This document shows positions 60,901 to 64,000 of a stretch of DNA of 64,000 nucleotides, in pieces (the stretch's first letter is position 1; each line of letters begins with the position of its first letter). Origin of the DNA: Macrostomum lignano (taxonomy: Eukaryota); the NCBI GenBank assembly GCA_002269645.1, contig NIVC01003323.1:1-64000 (forward strand). Reading direction: 5' to 3'. The notes under the pieces were generated by a model that saw only the letters and a program-made list of their open reading frames with translations, had not been told where the DNA came from and did no database searches. A program made the translations under genes and the position numbers.

Positions 60901-63434
60901 TGGATGTATGCATGTACTTTAAAGACTGTCGCACGAACCTGCGTTGCAGTTAATTCCTGACCAACCAGTCGGACAGACGCACTGATATGCGTTAACTCGG
61001 TCAATGCAGCTGCCACGGACGCACGGGTTCGAACCGCATTCATTGATGTCTGAAAAGTAGTTGGCATACTTTTTGGAAATGAATCAAAAGCCCGCGCTTT
61101 GAAAACTATAGAGAACCTTACCTGTTTGACAGAGAAATCCAGTGTAACCCGGCGCGCATGTGCATTCAAAGTAGGTGCTCGTTGTACGGCAAGTCCCGCC
61201 ATTATTGCAGGGTGAGCTACTGCACAGATGCGATACGTTCACGTACACTCCGCCACTAGTTGTAGTGAGAACGAGAACTGGAGAAGTTGTTGTTGCTTTT
61301 GGTGTGGAAGTAGTCTGTGCCGCGCCTTCGCTTGTAGATGATTCTGCAATGCTATTCGTAGTTGTTTGTGAGTCTGTAGACTCAGATGCAACAGTCACTT
61401 TGGTACCCGACGATGTTGCGTCTGACAAATGCGAAGTTGTTTCCGATGATATAGCAGTTGTTGCCTCGCTTGATGATGCAGTAGGAGTTACCGTTGACTC
61501 TATTGTAGCCTGTGCTGTGTTAGATATCTCAGTGGTGCCAAATGTCTCCGTAGAGGGTGCAGGAGTTGCTGTCAACTCAATTGTAGGCTGGGTTGTTTCA
61601 GATGTGCCCGTTCCCTCGAAGGTTGGCGATGGAGTTAACGTTAGCTCCATGGTTGTTGCAGTTACTCCGGTTGTGTCAGTTACTCCGGTTGTGTCAGTTA
61701 CTCCAGTTGTGTCAGTTACTCCAGTTGTGTCAGTTACTCCAGTTGTGTCAGTTACTCCAGTTGTGTCAGTTACTCTGGTTGTATCAGGTACTCCAGCTGT
61801 GTCAGTTACTCCGGTTGTATCAGGTACTCCAGTTGTGTCAGTTACTCCAGTTGTGTCAGTGACCTCGGGGGACGGTGTTGGAGACGGTGTCGGCTCTACC
61901 GTTGTGTCAGTTGCCTCCGTTGTGTCAGTGACCTCGGGGGACGGTGTAGGAGACGGTGTCGGCTCTACCGTTGTGTCAGTCGCCTCCGTTGTGTCAGTCG
62001 CCTCCGTTGTGTCAGTGACCTCGGGGGACGGTGTTGGAGACGGTGTCGGCTCTACCGTTGTGTCAGTTGCCTCCGTTGTGTCAGTGACCTCGGGGGACGG
62101 TGTAGGAGACGGTGTCGGCTCTACCGTTGTGTCAGTCGCCTCCGTTGTGTCAGTCGCCTCCGTTGTGTCAGTGATCTCGGGGGACGGTGTTGGAGACGGT
62201 GTCGGCTCTACCGTTGTGTCAGTCGCTTCAGTTGTGTCAGCCGCCTCCGTTGTGTCAGTGACCTCGGGGGACGGTGTTGGAGACGGTGTCGGCTCTACCG
62301 TTGTGTCAGTCGCCTCAGTTGTGTCAGTCGCCTCAGTTGTGTCAGTCGCTTCAGTTGTGTCAGTCGCCTCCGTTGTGTCAGTGACCTCGGGGGACGGTGT
62401 TGGAGACGGTGTCGGCTCTACCGTTGTGTCAGTCGCCTCCGTTGTGTCAGTCGCCTCCGTTGTGTCAGTCGCCTCCGTTGTGTCAGTGATCTCGGGGGAC
62501 GGTGTTGGAGACGGTGTCGGCTCTACCGTTGTGTCAGTCGCTTCAGTTGTGTCAGCCGCCTTCGTTGTGTCAGTGACCTCGGGGACGGTGTTGGAGACGG
62601 TGTCGGCTCTACCGTTGTGTCAGTCGCCTCAGTTGTGTCAGTCGCCTCCGTTGTGTCAGTCGCCTCAGTTGTGTCAGTCGCCTCCGTTGTGTCAGTGACC
62701 TCGGGGGACGGTGTTGGAGACGGTGTCGGCTCTACCGTTGTGTCAGTCGCCTCAGTTGTGTCAGTCGCCTCCGTTGTGTCAGTCGCCTCCGTTGTGTCAG
62801 TCGCCTCCGTTGTGTCAGTGACCTCGGGGGACGGTGTTGGAGACGGTGTTGGCTCTACCGTTGCGTCAGTCGCTTCTGTTGTGTCAGTCGCCTCCGTTGT
62901 GTCAGTCGCCTCCGTTGTGTCAGTCGCTTCTGTTGTGTCAGTCGCCTCCCTTGTGTCAGTCGCTTCTGTTGTGTCAGTCGCCTCCGTTGTGTCAGTTTCC
63001 TCGGGAGACGGTACAGGTGTCGGTGTCGGTTTGACGGTTGTGTCAGTGGCCTCCGTTGTGTCAGCAACTGTCACTGGAGTCGGCGTCGGCTCCATGGGTG
63101 TGTCAGTAGTTGAGGCTTGCCCATTTGAGTCTGTTTATGCAATTATGTTAATTAATTTTCAAATAAACCGAACTTTATGCTTAATAATACCATATAACTA
63201 CGATAAATTAAAATGGAATCATTTCTAGGTAAATTTTCACTGACTAGATCAGCGATGATCTGGCTATCAGCCTTGTCGTCGATGTTCATTTTATGCTAAC
63301 CTTGAAACAAAATTTCATGGAATTGACAAACTTTAATAAAAAAATTTTTTGAATAGCTTGTTCCCGAAGAACTTACCCAGCAGTGCCAGTGCTATTGCAA
63401 GGCCTATGAGCAGCCGAATTGCACTGCATCGCAT
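54770..63434 (-). CDS. MUC4/SUSD2/Mesh-family type I membrane mucin-like protein (signal peptide, Thr-rich repeats, 3 EGF, NIDO, AMOP, VWD, Ig/cadherin-like, EGF/EGF-Ca, TM), about 1900 aa
   Basis: 13 exons with GT-AG and consistent phases: 63434-63377, 63130-61122 (needs +1 base at about 62582), 61049-60939, 60846-60730, 60623-60490, 60389-60003, 59899-58996, 58916-58162, 58078-57622, 57528-57343, 57100-56838, 55801-55615, 54903-54770. Confidence 0.9.
54994..55310 (-). mobile_element. tRNA-derived SINE, copy C (last intron of the mucin gene)
   Basis: AGAGCAGCTCAGCGG head, body GGCACAGAGAGTGTACATG...GCCGCTGTACACCCTG and 3' end shared with copies A and B; B box degraded. Confidence 0.75.
58162..58916 (-). 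CDS. Mucin-like gene exon 8: VWD domain
   Basis: [21 protein letters not shown]...[15 protein letters not shown]...FGQSW are VWD hallmarks. Confidence 0.93.
58996..59899 (-). CDS. Mucin-like gene exon 7: NIDO C-terminus and AMOP domain
   Basis: SFQAIVT...SFVVFNYG (NIDO); CKKWIDNE...CP..MRQAVLD...CCY...RP.CDSRDY.EP (AMOP). Confidence 0.88.
60003..60389 (-). CDS. Mucin-like gene exon 6: NIDO domain
   Basis: ISKDGYLSF...LIVTWNKM; 387 bp, phase 0-0. Confidence 0.85.
61122..63130 (-). CDS. Mucin-like gene exon 2: Thr/Asp/Glu-rich tandem repeats and first EGF
   Basis: (TDTTEA)n interleaved with [13 protein letters not shown], then (TDTTGV)n, an S/T-rich region and [12 protein letters not shown]...[12 protein letters not shown]; 1-bp frameshift at 62581-62584. 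Confidence 0.88.
63377..63434 (-). CDS. Mucin-like gene exon 1: signal peptide
   Basis: [19 protein letters not shown](G), phase-1 donor GTAAGT at 63376. Confidence 0.85.
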
Positions 63435-64000
63435 ATTTGGCTAGGAAATCGAGAGTATAGAAATTACAATTGAAACTGTCTATTACGTGTGCGGTACTAT
63501 TCAATAGAGAATTTAAAACAATTATCTCCTTCGATTGCAGCAAATGCGAAAGTCCAATGCTTTTATGTACACCAGATCTATTATAACTAGACAATTCTCA
63601 TTCGCTAACGCACTTCTGTACTAAGACGCCAGAGCCGTGCATTTAAACCATTTATTAATTTTTTTCTATTTTTTAAGACGATGAGGCTTGAAGACAATGA
63701 AGTAGAGGCGATCTCATTGGCTGTCCAAGGTACGGCACACAAACTTTACAGTGTGAGCTCATCCCGTCCGGATTTTTCTAGCTCGTAGCTCGCATAGCCT
63801 CTGTTCCAAGTTATCCGTTTCGAATATGAAAAACTTGAACTGCTTTTATTGCCCTAATTTTCAGTCTAGCCATTGCGTCCTGCGGCGGACGACTCGAAAA
63901 TATTGTTACACGATTTACGATTGATGCACGAACTTTTTATTGCTTATTGTCTGCGATAACAAACGCAGAAAATTCCGCCACCTTCTAGAATAATGACTGG

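Noticed and set aside
61175-63228. Val/Ser-rich plus-strand ORFs (507 and 203 aa)
   Set aside because: Antisense mirror of the mucin repeat exon.

Overview
Eukaryotic (animal) genomic DNA with GC-rich exons, AT-rich intergenic DNA and very dense mini- and microsatellites. The style is consistent with a free-living flatworm such as Macrostomum, which is an inference only. Most long ORFs in the supplied track are artefacts of tandem repeats. Four spliced genes can be reconstructed with GT-AG boundaries and consistent phases: (1) a 3-exon divergent rhodopsin-class peptide/chemosensory-type GPCR (+, 10268-18496); (2) a 2-exon low-complexity protein with a C-terminal KIAA1614/Par6-like PDZ domain (-, 28252-29981); (3) JKAMP (-, 45271-47762); (4) a 13-exon, about 1900-aa MUC4-like type I membrane mucin (signal peptide, Thr-rich repeats, EGF, NIDO, AMOP, VWD with GDPH, EGF-Ca, TM; -, 54770-63434) with one 1-bp frameshift in the repeat exon. 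Also present: one intact tRNA-Gln(CTG), an orphan coding exon at 6276-6551, and three copies of a tRNA-headed SINE. One SINE copy carries about 440 bp of RTE-type LINE coding sequence, and an internal SINE segment appears to have seeded a 41-bp minisatellite. There are three hAT-type non-autonomous elements (two about 300-bp MITEs with perfect 8-bp TSDs and one 2.1-kb element filled with a minisatellite), several foldback structures and about 30 tandem arrays. No CRISPR or prokaryotic systems are supported.
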